From an uncultured Acidobacteriota bacterium (GTDB taxonomy: Bacteria; Acidobacteriota; UBA6911; RPQK01; JAPXNP01), in the NCBI GenBank assembly GCA_963777605.1, contig CAVZRV010000029.1, positions 352,001-416,000 on the forward strand: DNA of 64,000 bases, given 5' to 3'. Positions 1-10,254 of the stretch are shown here, one piece after another; the first letter of the stretch is position 1; every line of letters starts with the position of its first letter. The notes under the pieces are model-generated. The model worked only from the letters and a program-made list of their open reading frames with translations. It was not told the origin of the DNA and did no database searches. The position numbers were made by a program, and so were the translations under genes.

Positions 1-666
1 GCGGTTGCCGACCTTCTTCAGTGCAGCCACCATCTCTTGGGATTCCCTGACGGGTACAACGGGATCGGCCCCGCCATGGAAGATCCAGATGGGCGTCGAG
101 CCTATTTTCCGGGCGGCATCGAGGTATGGGTCCCCCTTGACGGTGCTGGTTTCCCGGGCTCGGAAAGGTGGAACGATTCCGCCGCAGATCGGCACCAGTG
201 CCGCGAATTTGTTCGGATACTTGCTTCCCAGGTAGAAGGTACCGTAGCCGCCCATCGAGAGGCCGGTCAGGTAGACTCGGTCGGGGTCCCCATTGTACTC
301 CTCGATGGCACTCGCCAGCGCTTTGAGAGCGAGTTTCTCCATGGCTGGATCGTTCCACCAGACCCCACGGCGACACTGGGGCATTACCACAATTGCCGGA
401 AAGCGATGCTGGTCGCGCCGAATCGCCCCACCGAGGCCTACTTCGGTCTGGGCACGGTTGTCGTCTCCCCGTTCCCCCGCGCCGTGCAGGAAGAGAATTA
501 CGGGCCACTCTTCGACCGGACTCCAGCTGTCAGGGACGAACACTGTGTATCGGTAGCTTTCCGATTCGACTTCGGTCGTCTTCTCGACGAACCCCCGTTC
601 GACCTGCAGGGTTCCGAGCAAGGCCAAGGGCAACAGGATTGTGGAAAGCCAGAGACCTGTTCTCAC
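1..666 (-). CDS. Exported alpha/beta hydrolase (predicted peptidase/esterase, COG4099-like); 3' end runs off the window
   Basis: Not in ORF track. Hand translation from GTG 666: MRTGLWLSTILLPLALLG...WPVILFLHGAGERG...RVYLTGLSMGGYG...PIWIFHGGADPVVP; GxSxG nucleophile elbow and signal-like N-terminus. Confidence 0.85.
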   Translation of the reverse strand, partial: MRTGLWLSTILLPLALLGTLQVERGFVEKTTEVESESYRYTVFVPDSWSPVEEWPVILFLHGAGERGDDNRAQTEVGLGGAIRRDQHRFPAIVVMPQCRRGVWWNDPAMEKLALKALASAIEEYNGDPDRVYLTGLSMGGYGTFYLGSKYPNKFAALVPICGGIVPPFRARETSTVKGDPYLDAARKIGSTPIWIFHGGADPVVPVRESQEMVAALKKVGNR

Positions 667-751
667 AATAGACTCAATTCTACTCCATCAGGCTGTCGTC
701 ATCGGTCAGAGAGCCTGGAATATTCAGACAGGTTCGATAAGATAAGTAGAA

Positions 752-1279
752 ATGGCCTTGGTGTTCCGGCGGATCGACACCGTTTTTGGAGATCTCCTCG
801 TCGCGGTCAGCGCAGCGGGAGTGTGCAGGGTCTCTTTTCCCCACGAATTGTCGGGACGGTGGCTCCCCTGGTTCGACCGCTACTTCAACTTGACGCCGAG
901 GGACGACAGCCACCCGTGGCTGAGGCGTGCCGAACAGCAGATTCGGGAGTACCTGTCGGGGGAACGACGCGAGTTCCGGATTCCGCTCGACATGCGAGGA
1001 CCGGAGTTTTATCTGATGGTCTGGGAACGCCTTCTCAAGATCCCCTATGGAGAAACCTCCACATACGGAGAGATCGCCCGTGAGTTCGGTCTGCCGGGAG
1101 GGGCGCGGGCCGTTGGTGCGGCTGCCGCCGCCAATCCGGTTCCCATTCTGGTACCCTGCCACCGGCTGGTCGGGAACAAGGGGCGCCTGGTCGGCTTCGT
1201 AGGTGGGCTCCAATTCAAAGAGCGTTTGCTGGAGCTGGAAGGAGCCCGGATACCGTTCGGGCAACCGGCGTCAGCCTGA
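752..1279 (+). CDS. ogt: Methylated-DNA--protein-cysteine S-methyltransferase
   Basis: IPYGETSTYGEIA, ARAVG, NPVPILVPCHRLV active-site motif. Confidence 0.95.
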   Translation: MALVFRRIDTVFGDLLVAVSAAGVCRVSFPHELSGRWLPWFDRYFNLTPRDDSHPWLRRAEQQIREYLSGERREFRIPLDMRGPEFYLMVWERLLKIPYGETSTYGEIAREFGLPGGARAVGAAAAANPVPILVPCHRLVGNKGRLVGFVGGLQFKERLLELEGARIPFGQPASA

Positions 1280-1323
1280 CACAGGACAGTCGCCGCCGAT
1301 CATCCTGTAGAATCGTTTCCGGA

Positions 1324-2403
1324 ATGAGAACCGAAAGCGACCTCTTCGATAAACTCGGCAATGGGGAGAGAATCAACCGGCAGGACGCAGTCCGGCTCCT
1401 GCAGTCTCAGAACCTGCAGGAAATCGGTCTGGCTGCCGATAGTGTCAGACGAGCCAAACACCGGGACGGTGTCGTTTCGTTTCTCATCGATCGCAACATC
1501 AACTACACCAATTACTGTGTAGCTCGTTGCACGTTCTGCAACTTCTACCGGAAGCCCAAGACCAGCGAAGGCTATGTCCTCCCCAAGGAAGAGATTTTCA
1601 GGAAGATCGAGGAGACCCTCGCCGTCGGAGGGACGGGAATCCTGATGCAGGGAGGGATGAATCCCGACCTCAAGATCGACTATTACGAGGACCTCTTGCG
1701 CTCGATCCGGGATCGCTACCCGATTCACCTTCACTGTTTCTCACCGCCCGAAGTCGTGGTTTTGGCCAAGCTCAGCAAGCTGACGGTCCGCGAGACGGTG
1801 CGTCGGTTGATCGATGCCGGACTTGATTCGATTCCCGGCGGGGGTGCCGAAATCCTGACCGACCGAATGCGAAAGACGATCAGCCCCGGCAAATGCTCGG
1901 CCGACGAGTGGCTGAACGTCATGCGGGTGTCCCATGAGGAAGGGCTGACCACGACGGCAACGATGATGTTCGGCGCCGGAGAAACCTGGGCAGAAATGGC
2001 CGAGCACCTCGACCGGATCCGCCGGCTCCAGGACGAAACCGGCGGGTTTGTCGCCTTCATTCCCTGGAACGTTCAACTCGAGGGAACGGAACTCGAGCAT
2101 GATGTCCACCGGATCGTCTCACCCGTCGAATACCTGAAAGTGATGGCCGTATCCCGAATCTTCCTGGACAACATCGAAAACGTCCAGGTCTCCTGGCTGA
2201 CCCAGGGGTTGAAGCTGGCCCAGGTCGCGCTTCACTTCGGCGCCAACGATGTGGGAAGCATCATGATCGAGGAGAATGTCATGAGCGCGGCCGGTTCTCA
2301 CAACACTGCCACCCGCACCGACCTGATCGAACTGATCCGCCAGGCCGGCTTCGTCCCCGCCCAGCGTGACACCCTCTACCGGACCTTCAGTCGAGTCGCG
2401 TAA
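1324..2403 (+). CDS. mqnC: Cyclic dehypoxanthinyl futalosine synthase (radical SAM, futalosine menaquinone pathway)
   Basis: DRNINYTNYCVARCTFCNFYR, LMQGG, SIPGGGAEIL, TATMMFG, FGANDVGSIMIEENV; CofH/MqnC family with MqnC-type features. Confidence 0.85.
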   Translation: MRTESDLFDKLGNGERINRQDAVRLLQSQNLQEIGLAADSVRRAKHRDGVVSFLIDRNINYTNYCVARCTFCNFYRKPKTSEGYVLPKEEIFRKIEETLAVGGTGILMQGGMNPDLKIDYYEDLLRSIRDRYPIHLHCFSPPEVVVLAKLSKLTVRETVRRLIDAGLDSIPGGGAEILTDRMRKTISPGKCSADEWLNVMRVSHEEGLTTTATMMFGAGETWAEMAEHLDRIRRLQDETGGFVAFIPWNVQLEGTELEHDVHRIVSPVEYLKVMAVSRIFLDNIENVQVSWLTQGLKLAQVALHFGANDVGSIMIEENVMSAAGSHNTATRTDLIELIRQAGFVPAQRDTLYRTFSRVA

Positions 2404-2479
2404 AACATCTGCAATTTGTGACTTTTGGCGTGTGATTAGGTGCCCTAGTTCGCATTTCGAGCTTCGAAATTTGAAATGG

Positions 2480-2493
2480 TGCATAATCATTCG
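2480..2493 (+). promoter_or_regulatory. Putative ARG box overlapping a -10 element (CATAAT 2482-2487) of argR
   Basis: TGCATAATCATTCG resembles TGAAT-N4-ATTCA and lies immediately before the argR ATG. Confidence 0.6.
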
Positions 2494-2494
2494 G

Positions 2495-2917
2495 ATGGAA
2501 AAGGTGCGCCGCCACGAGGCGATTCTTGGATTGATCCGAAGAGAAGTGATTTTGTCCCAGGAAGCGCTCAGGCAGGAGCTTCATTTGCAGGGTTTTGACG
2601 TGACTCAGGCGACCCTTTCCCGGGACCTGCGGGAACTCGGTGTCAGCAAAAAGAAAGATCGTCACGGTGTGTATAAATATTCAGTCTTGGAGCCGTCCCG
2701 ACCGGCACCGTACCTGAGCTATCAGGCCAGCGGATATCTCCTCGTGCTCAAGACCGAGACGGGTCTGGCACCCCGGGTGGCCTACCAGGTGGACGGATTG
2801 GGATACCGGGAAGTTCTCGGTACCGTGGCGGGGGAGGACACCCTTCTGGTCGTGCTTGCCGAGGACGTTGATCGCGACGTTGCGGTGGAAAAGGTCCTCA
2901 ATGGAATTCGATCGTAA
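2495..2917 (+). CDS. argR: Arginine repressor
   Basis: GFDVTQATLSRDLRELG winged helix and GTVAGEDT oligomerisation motif; start moved to ATG 2495. Confidence 0.93.
   Translation: MEKVRRHEAILGLIRREVILSQEALRQELHLQGFDVTQATLSRDLRELGVSKKKDRHGVYKYSVLEPSRPAPYLSYQASGYLLVLKTETGLAPRVAYQVDGLGYREVLGTVAGEDTLLVVLAEDVDRDVAVEKVLNGIRS
2670..2683 (+). promoter_or_regulatory. Putative intragenic ARG box inside argR, upstream of argH
   Basis: TGTATAAATATTCA, one mismatch from TGAATAAATATTCA; AT-rich patch in a GC-rich gene. Confidence 0.5.
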
Positions 2918-2933
2918 TGACAGGAGCGGGCAG

Positions 2934-4355
2934 GTGAGCGAAAAGGGGAAAGAGGCCGTTCCACGCAAGGCCCTCTGGGCAGGGCGGTTCACGTCCGGGG
3001 TGGATCCTGTACTGCAGCGGTTCAGTCGCTCGATCCAGATCGACCGGCGGTTGGCGGATGAGGATATCCGGGGGAGCGAGGCTCACGTGCGGATGCTCGT
3101 CCGGCAGGGACTCCTTTCTGTTGAAGACGGAGAGCAATTGCTGGCCGGACTGAGCGCGGTTCGGCAGGAAATCGTGGAAGGCAGTTTTCCGTTCCGGGAC
3201 GAGCTGGAAGATATTCATATGAATATTGAGCAGCGGCTTCGCGAAATCGTGGGCGAAGCGGGAGGCCGTCTGCACACCGGCCGAAGCCGGAACGACCAGG
3301 TTGCGCTCGACCTGAGGCTCTATTGCCTCAAGACGGCTGAGGCCTGGCGGGACGCGATCCGGAACCTGGTTTCACTCGTCGTGTCAAAGAGCGCCGAGTT
3401 CAAAACCGATCTCTTCCCGGCGTGGACGCACATGCAGGCAGCCCAGCCTGTCTCGTGGGGACACTACTTTCTCTCCCTGGCTGAAATGCTGGCCCGGGAC
3501 GAGTCTCGACTCGACTCCTACCTCACGCTGCATTCCGTCAGCCCTCTCGGTGCAGGGGCTCTCAGTGGAAGTTCGCTGCCTTTGGCTCCCGAGATGACGG
3601 CCGAACTGTTGGGGTTCTCGCGTTCGTTCGGGAACAGCTATGACGTCGTCGGGGACCGGGACGCCCTGCTCGAGCTTGCGCAGATTTCCGTTCAGGTGAT
3701 GATCCATCTCAGTCGCTGGGCTGAAGATTTCATCTACATGGCCAGCACGCCGGTCGGATGGATCGACCTTCCTGATTCTCTCTGTACCGGTAGCAGCATG
3801 ATGCCCCAGAAGAAGAACCCCGACTTGCTCGAACTGACCCGGGGAAAGACGGCTTCGGTGATCGGGCACTGTACGGGTCTTGCCGCCCTCCTCAAGGGCT
3901 TGCCGACGTCTTACCAGAGGGACCTGCAGCAGGACAAGGAGCACCTTTTCCCGATTGTCGATACCGTTACCGATTCGCTCGAGGTGCAGGCGCTGCTCTG
4001 GGAGGGGCTGAATGTCAACGTGGACAAGGCCGAAGCGGCACTCGAAGAGGGCTTTCTGATGGCAACCGAGTTGGCCGAGTACCTCGTCACCAAGGGGATA
4101 CCGTTTCGCGATGCCCACCACCTCGTCGGGAGCCTCGTCAAGCGGTGCATCGACGATGGCCGAATGCTTTCCGACCTGACCCTTGATGAAGTTCGCGAGC
4201 TGTGTCCGCGGGCCGAAGAAGATGTCATCCAGGTTCTGAAGCCGGAAGGAGCCCTGTTGAGGAGGACTCACAAGGGCTCGACCGGGATCCGTTCGATCGA
4301 GGACCAGTTGAAGCAATGGCGTAACTGGCTCGATCAGCGAGAGTTCGAATCGTAG
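2934..4355 (+). CDS. argH: Argininosuccinate lyase
   Basis: LWAGRF, EDIHMNIE, LHTGRSRNDQV, TGSSMMPQKKNPD; GTG start with AGGAG 7 nt upstream. Confidence 0.97.
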   Translation: MSEKGKEAVPRKALWAGRFTSGVDPVLQRFSRSIQIDRRLADEDIRGSEAHVRMLVRQGLLSVEDGEQLLAGLSAVRQEIVEGSFPFRDELEDIHMNIEQRLREIVGEAGGRLHTGRSRNDQVALDLRLYCLKTAEAWRDAIRNLVSLVVSKSAEFKTDLFPAWTHMQAAQPVSWGHYFLSLAEMLARDESRLDSYLTLHSVSPLGAGALSGSSLPLAPEMTAELLGFSRSFGNSYDVVGDRDALLELAQISVQVMIHLSRWAEDFIYMASTPVGWIDLPDSLCTGSSMMPQKKNPDLLELTRGKTASVIGHCTGLAALLKGLPTSYQRDLQQDKEHLFPIVDTVTDSLEVQALLWEGLNVNVDKAEAALEEGFLMATELAEYLVTKGIPFRDAHHLVGSLVKRCIDDGRMLSDLTLDEVRELCPRAEEDVIQVLKPEGALLRRTHKGSTGIRSIEDQLKQWRNWLDQREFES

Positions 4356-4624
4356 CCGGCTTGTTGCGCGACCTCGTTCAACGCGGTACGGACTCAGATC
4401 TGGTGGCCGCGAGCTCGGGGATTCGTCGCTGCGCTCCGGCTATGTGCCATAATTACGTCTCAGGGTTGCGGGTTCAGTCCAGTTCCGGTTGGCTGCACAA
4501 TTAAGGCGGTCGGCTTGGAAGCCGGACAGCAGAAAGAAAGGGCTGGCTTGTGCCTGTTCTGCGAGCCGGGCAATAGGCCCCTGGGCCCGGCTGAAACGTG
4601 CCTTTTCCGGGCAACCGGGGTGAA

Positions 4625-4654
4625 TTGACACGTGGGAAATCCGTGTGCTACGGT
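4625..4654 (+). promoter_or_regulatory. Putative sigma-70 promoter of metK
   Basis: TTGACA (4625-4630), 18-nt spacer ending in TGc, then TACGGT (4649-4654); GGAGG RBS before ATG 4704. Confidence 0.5.
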
Positions 4655-4703
4655 CAGGTCTTATTTTTTTCATTTCTGGAGTCGTCAGGTGGAGGAACAA
4701 TAG

Positions 4704-5885
4704 ATGGCAGGTAAGGGGAAGTGGTTGTTCACGTCCGAATCGGTGACTGAAGGGCACCCGGACAAGATTGCAGATCAGATCTCGGATGGAGTACTGGACG
4801 CGGTCCTTGCTGAAGATCCCGCGGGAAGGGTTGCCTGCGAGTCTCTGGTCACGACTGGCTTGATTATGGTAGCCGGCGAGATTACGACCACTAGCCATCT
4901 CGATATCCCGAAGATTGCCCGTGATGTGGTCCGCGACGTGGGTTATACGGATGCCTGCTACGGATTCGACTGCGACACATGCGCCGTCATTACCTCGATC
5001 GACAAGCAGTCTCCGGACATCGCCCAGGGTGTCGATGTAGGAGGAGCTGGGGACCAGGGTCTGATGTTCGGTTTTGCCTGTACCGAGACCCCCGTTTACA
5101 TGCCCTTGACTATCCAGTTGGCCCACCAGCTTACGAAGCGCCTTTCTGACGTTCGGCGGCAGGGAATCGTGGACTGGCTTCGTCCTGACGGCAAGTCCCA
5201 GGTCACAGTCGAATACGAGAACGGAAAGCCGGTTCGCATTGAAGCGGTCGTGATTTCGACTCAGCATGACGTCGCGGTATCCAACAAGGAAATCCACGCC
5301 GGCGTCAGGGAACACGTCATCGGCCCAGTCGTTCCCGCGGAACTCATAGACGACCGCACCAAGATCTACATCAACCCGACTGGTCGGTTCGTGGTCGGCG
5401 GCCCCCAGGGCGACTGCGGTGTGACCGGTCGGAAGATCATCGTTGATACCTATGGTGGAGTGGGTAGCCATGGCGGTGGCGCGTTTTCGGGCAAGGATCC
5501 GTCCAAGGTTGATCGCTCGGCGTCCTACATGGCGCGATACATCGCCAAGAACTGTGTTGCTGCGGGACTGGCAGACCGCTTGGCGATTCAGCTCGCCTAT
5601 GCCATTGGAGTCGCCGAGCCGGTTTCGATCATGGTGGATACCTTCGGTACGGGACGGGTAGACGACGAGAGGATCGCCACCCTGATCCGCGAGAACTTCC
5701 AGCTGACTCCCAAGGGAATCGTCGAGTCGCTGGATCTGAGACGGCCCATCTATCAGAGAACGGCTGCGTTCGGCCACTTCGGGCGCGAGAACGAGGGTTT
5801 CGGCTGGGAGCGCGTTGATAAGGCTGAAGTCTTGCGCAGTGATGCCGGGCTCTCCCGTTCTGACGTTGCCGCGGCACACTCCTGA
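4704..5885 (+). CDS. metK: S-adenosylmethionine synthetase
   Basis: [33 protein letters not shown] motifs. Confidence 0.98.
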   Translation: MAGKGKWLFTSESVTEGHPDKIADQISDGVLDAVLAEDPAGRVACESLVTTGLIMVAGEITTTSHLDIPKIARDVVRDVGYTDACYGFDCDTCAVITSIDKQSPDIAQGVDVGGAGDQGLMFGFACTETPVYMPLTIQLAHQLTKRLSDVRRQGIVDWLRPDGKSQVTVEYENGKPVRIEAVVISTQHDVAVSNKEIHAGVREHVIGPVVPAELIDDRTKIYINPTGRFVVGGPQGDCGVTGRKIIVDTYGGVGSHGGGAFSGKDPSKVDRSASYMARYIAKNCVAAGLADRLAIQLAYAIGVAEPVSIMVDTFGTGRVDDERIATLIRENFQLTPKGIVESLDLRRPIYQRTAAFGHFGRENEGFGWERVDKAEVLRSDAGLSRSDVAAAHS

Positions 5886-5959
5886 TCGCTCCGTTTCATT
5901 CGAACGATATTGCGCTTTCTCCCGTCATAGGACAGCGGAGGAAGAGCTCTATCGATCGA

Positions 5960-6924
5960 ATGAACCTGCCCAACCGATTGATCCCGGCTTTCAACCTGAG
6001 GTTCCTGCACCTGCTTACGCTCGTTGTCTCTTTCTCAGGGGTGACGGCATGGGGGCAGGAGTCTGCCGATTTCCTGGTCAAGGCATACTCGACTTTGACC
6101 GAGGTGCGCGTCCTGAATTCCTCTGGGGAGCCGGTGGAGGGACTGGAGCAGAAGGACTTCGAAGTGACGGTGGATTCCCGGGTCCGCCCCCTGCTGTTTT
6201 TCGAGGAACGGAACAACAGCCGGGTCAGCCTGGCAATTCTCGTCGATATCGGGTCGAGCATGAGCGAAGAGGCTATCGGGTCGGCCAAAGAGTCAATCCT
6301 GGAGCTGATCCATCTACTTGATCCGGTCGATGAGATCGCTGTCGCCGTCTACGACCGAAAGGTCGAGTTCCTCTCTGAATTGACCAGCAACCGGCTGGAC
6401 CTGCTGGAAGCCATCCGAAACATCCCGGTCGGCGCAAGGACGTCGTTTTGGAAACGTCTGGGAACCGCCTTCGGTACGTCTGCCCTGACCGGTTCAGCCG
6501 TGGACGAGGCGCTTCTCCGTCTCAAGAAAGCCCGTCACGCGCTCCACGTCGTCCTCGCGTTCTCCTCTGCCTTCGGGAACCTCGGAGCGGGGACCGAAGA
6601 GCACCTGGCGATCTCGGGGGCGCGGTCTTCTTTGGCGTCGGCTGGAGCAACCGGCTGGGCAACGCCTTTAACCTGTGGGGCGACCGGTTGAGTCGAGGCT
6701 CGATATTGTGCCACTCAGGCGGGGTGCTCTACTCGGGGAAACGGATCAAGGAACGGATCGACTCCCTGGCCCGGGCTCTCCAGAACTACTACCTCCTTGC
6801 CTACGATTCGGCCCGTGAGGAGCGGGACGGCGACGCGCGGGAACCTGAGATTCGGGTGGTATCCTGTCCCGGCTGCAAGGTAGCCTTCCTGCGCCGGGTC
6901 GAGAGCAGAAACGCCTTCTATTGA
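5960..6924 (+). CDS. Exported VWA-domain protein (acidobacterial type), frameshifted near 6620
   Basis: Signal peptide, GEPVEGLEQKDFEV, LAILVDIGSSM; C-terminal part (...LQNYYLLAYD...) continues in the frame of ORF 6448..6924 after a G run. Confidence 0.75.
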
Positions 6925-6966
6925 GGGGGTCCCGGACGCCGTCGGGGCTCGTGATATGATCGCCCC

Positions 6967-7704
6967 ATGGCCCAAGGCCCGAATTACCGGATGAGTTTTG
7001 GACCGCAGCTTTCCCGGATGGTCAGGTACCTGATCCTGGCCAACGTTGCGGTGTTTATCTGGCAGACCCTGGCCGGGCTGGTGGGCGGTCTGGAGATAGT
7101 CCAGATCTTCGGGCTGGTCCCGGTGCTGGTCGTCAAGAAACTTTTCCTCTGGCAGTTGGTCACCTACCTGTTTCTCCATGGTGGATTCTTCCACATCTTC
7201 TTCAACATGTTCGCACTCTGGATGTTTGGATCGGAACTGGAGAAGGTTTGGGGAGAAAAAGCCTTCCTGCGCTACTACTTCGTGACCGGAATCGGTGCTG
7301 GAATTGTGTCTGTGGCGGTGGATCCCTTCTCGCCGATCCCGACGATCGGGGCCAGTGGTGCGATTTACGGGATTCTGCTGGCCTACGGAATGATGTTTCC
7401 CAACCGGTACGTCTATCTCTACTTCCTCTTTCCGGTCAAGGTGAAATACTTCGTCGCCGTAATCGGCGGGATCGCCTTCTTCTCTGCTTTGGGTACGTCG
7501 GGTAGTACCATTGCCCACTTCGCGCATCTGGGCGGAATGCTCTTCGGGTTCCTCTACCTGAAGGGTTTTCTGAGCCTGGGTCGAATTCGCCAGGCCTATT
7601 TCCGGTGGAAGCTGAAGCGGATGCGTTCCAAGTTCAAGGTCTACGAGCAGGACCGGCGGCAGGAGCGGCCCCCCCGGTCGGATGACGACTTCTGGATCAA
7701 CTGA
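6967..7704 (+). CDS. Rhomboid family intramembrane serine protease
   Basis: FLHGGFFHIFFNM, IGASGA catalytic Ser, AHFAHLGG catalytic His. Confidence 0.93.
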   Translation: MAQGPNYRMSFGPQLSRMVRYLILANVAVFIWQTLAGLVGGLEIVQIFGLVPVLVVKKLFLWQLVTYLFLHGGFFHIFFNMFALWMFGSELEKVWGEKAFLRYYFVTGIGAGIVSVAVDPFSPIPTIGASGAIYGILLAYGMMFPNRYVYLYFLFPVKVKYFVAVIGGIAFFSALGTSGSTIAHFAHLGGMLFGFLYLKGFLSLGRIRQAYFRWKLKRMRSKFKVYEQDRRQERPPRSDDDFWIN

Positions 7705-7793
7705 TCCCTGCTCGACGGTTTCTGGATCGCCCGGGTCTTGGGTGCTCGCCTTTCCGGTTTGCTATCATAGCCCTTAACTGTTCCCTTCTTGCT

Positions 7794-8810
7794 ATGAATC
7801 TGACTCAGGCGAAAAATCGTGCGCGGCTGCTGAAGAGCTACCTTTCGGGCGACCCGGAAGCGAGCGCCTTTCCCATCTCGGTAATCATCGAGAACACCGG
7901 CAAGTGCAACCTGAAGTGCCCGATGTGTCCGCGGGAGTTGACCGATTACCCTCCCGAGGACTTCGATTTCGAACTCTTCAAGCTGGTCGTGGACGAGATC
8001 CGGAACTCGAGCGAACTGGTCTTCCCATGGGGACTTGGGGAACCGCTGATCAACCCCGATGTCTTCAAAATGATTCGCTACTGCAAAGATGCAGGCCTCT
8101 GTACGGTGCTATCTACGAACGCAACCCTGCTGACTGAAGAGCGTTCCCGGCTGCTTCTCGAATCGGGCCTTGACCACTTAATCTTTGCCTTTGACGGGAC
8201 GACCCCCGAGGTCTACGAGCATTACCGGAAGAACGCGCGCTTTCACAAGGTTCGCGAAAACATTGTCCGGTTTCTGAGCCTCAAACAGGAAATGAAGTCG
8301 TCGATGTTCGTCGTGCTTCAGATGGTCCGACTGCCGGGCAACAGTCATCAGGTCAAGGATTTCCACGAGATGTGGAAAATACCCGGAGTGGACGAGATTC
8401 GAATCAAGGAAGACGAAGTCGTCATCGATGGGGTGGCACTCGAGGAGAGGGTGAACCACGATCGACGGCGACATCCCTGCTACCAGCTCTGGCAGGGTCC
8501 GATTCACATCAACTATCAGGGTGACTTGCGCCCCTGCTGCCACATGTACACCACCGAACCAATCGGCAACGTGCGGGATGCCTCGGTCCACGAGTTGTGG
8601 AATTCCGACCGGATGCGCCGACTACGCGAAGCCCACCTGAAGGGGGACCTGAGCGAGTACCCCGCGTGTCGCAACTGTCACGCGCCCAATCCAAGGCTGC
8701 CCGCGATCCTGGCCAGTTTCGGGGTCGATACCTTCAAGTTGCGGCAGTGGATCCCGAAGGCGGAGAAGTTGGCGGTCTTCTATCGTCTGCCGGTATTCAT
8801 CGATCGATAG
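7794..8810 (+). CDS. Radical SAM protein with SPASM/Twitch C-terminal domain
   Basis: CNLKCPMC, GLGEP, C-terminal PC...PCC...IGN...CRNC. Confidence 0.9.
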   Translation: MNLTQAKNRARLLKSYLSGDPEASAFPISVIIENTGKCNLKCPMCPRELTDYPPEDFDFELFKLVVDEIRNSSELVFPWGLGEPLINPDVFKMIRYCKDAGLCTVLSTNATLLTEERSRLLLESGLDHLIFAFDGTTPEVYEHYRKNARFHKVRENIVRFLSLKQEMKSSMFVVLQMVRLPGNSHQVKDFHEMWKIPGVDEIRIKEDEVVIDGVALEERVNHDRRRHPCYQLWQGPIHINYQGDLRPCCHMYTTEPIGNVRDASVHELWNSDRMRRLREAHLKGDLSEYPACRNCHAPNPRLPAILASFGVDTFKLRQWIPKAEKLAVFYRLPVFIDR

Positions 8811-8833
8811 GAGCCAGAGAAAGTGAGGTACGC

Positions 8834-10243
8834 ATGAATATCCTTCTGGTACGCGGCAAGCCGACATTCATGGACTTCATCGTCGGGATTCCCATCGGCC
8901 TGGCCTACATCGCGCCGATCGCCCAGCACAAGGGGCACTATGTTGAGATTCTGGACCTGGCCCTGGAGAGCGAACCTGACCAGGTGTTGCTCGCCAAGCT
9001 GAAGGAGCGTGACTGGCGGCTGGCCGGGTTCTCCTGCATGACGGCTGAGTGGGACGGTGCTGCATTGGCCGCGCGGGCAGTGAAGGAATTCGATTCTTCG
9101 ATCGTGACCGTCTTCGGCGGGCAGCATCCCACTATCCAGTTGACGGAAGTCCTCTCCGAGGATTTCGTCGACCTGGTCTGCTTCGGCGAAGGTGAGGAGA
9201 CTTTTGGAGAGGTGGTTGACGCGGTCGAACGGGGCCGCGATCCGTCCAATATTGCGGGGATCGGATTCAAGGACGGATCGGGAGAGATCCGGAGGAACTC
9301 TCCGCGGACCCCGATCGAGGATGTTGACGCGATCCCGCTGCCGGCCTACGAGTTGCTCGATCTTGATCGCTATGCGGTTGCCGAATCGGCCCGTCACACG
9401 CCGAAGTACCTGCGGGCGATCCAGATTTTCACGAGCCGGGGCTGCCCCTGGCACTGTATCTACTGTCATGACCTGTTCGGCAAGAAGTTCCGGGCCCGAA
9501 GTCCCGAACACGTCCTGGCCGAGATGAAGCTGCTTTACGAGACCTACCGGATCCAGGAATTCATGGTTGAGGACGACATCTTCAACTTTGACATGGATCG
9601 GGCCAAGCGGATCTGCGACATGATTGTCGAATCGGGGATGAAGGTGGCGCTCCAGTTTGGCAACGGCGTACGGTTGGAGCGACTGGACGAAGAGCTGATC
9701 CAGAAACTGGCCGCGGCCGGAACTCACCACATGTGTATTGCCATTGAATCGGCCAGTCCGCGGATCCAGAAGCTGATGAAGAAGTATCTGAAGCTCTACC
9801 TGGTCCGGGATATCTCCAGGTGGTGCAAAAAATATGGCATCGAGACGCTCGGTTTCTTCATGATCGGATTTCCCACGGAAACCGACGAGGAGATCAGGAT
9901 GACGATCCGGTTCGCTTGCGAAAGTGAATTGGACGAGGCGCTCTTCAGCATCGTCATTCCGTACCCCGGGACAGAACTGAGCCACCAGATCATTAACGAA
10001 GGACTTTACGACAGTTCGGAGCATCTGAATCGGGTCCACCAGATCCGGACGGATGAGTTCGATTTCAGAAAACTGAAAAAGTTTCAAAGACAGGCTTACA
10101 CCATGTTCTTCCTGACCCGGCTTCGATTCGTGAGGATGCTGCCCAAGCTCTTCGCGCTCCGATCGAGCATGAAGTACATGCGGGCCATCGAGCGAAACCT
10201 GCTTCCGGGTTTTCTGCAGAGGCAGTCTTCGCGGATTAACTGA
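8834..10243 (+). CDS. Cobalamin-binding radical SAM protein
   Basis: PIGLAYIA, GGQHPT, GEGE B12 domain; TSRGCPWHCIYC; ATG 8834 after GAGG. Confidence 0.92.
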   Translation: MNILLVRGKPTFMDFIVGIPIGLAYIAPIAQHKGHYVEILDLALESEPDQVLLAKLKERDWRLAGFSCMTAEWDGAALAARAVKEFDSSIVTVFGGQHPTIQLTEVLSEDFVDLVCFGEGEETFGEVVDAVERGRDPSNIAGIGFKDGSGEIRRNSPRTPIEDVDAIPLPAYELLDLDRYAVAESARHTPKYLRAIQIFTSRGCPWHCIYCHDLFGKKFRARSPEHVLAEMKLLYETYRIQEFMVEDDIFNFDMDRAKRICDMIVESGMKVALQFGNGVRLERLDEELIQKLAAAGTHHMCIAIESASPRIQKLMKKYLKLYLVRDISRWCKKYGIETLGFFMIGFPTETDEEIRMTIRFACESELDEALFSIVIPYPGTELSHQIINEGLYDSSEHLNRVHQIRTDEFDFRKLKKFQRQAYTMFFLTRLRFVRMLPKLFALRSSMKYMRAIERNLLPGFLQRQSSRIN

Positions 10244-10254
10244 CCGGCGCGCCT

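Noticed and set aside
37-1083. 348-aa + strand ORF and other long antisense ORFs (e.g. 4440..5879, 8780..10087, 11511..12926)
   Set aside because: Shadow frames of well-supported genes, expected at this GC content
3211-3226. Perfect 16-bp palindrome ATATTCATATGAATAT in argH
   Set aside because: Encodes the conserved DIHMNI motif and the half-site arrangement does not match an ARG box
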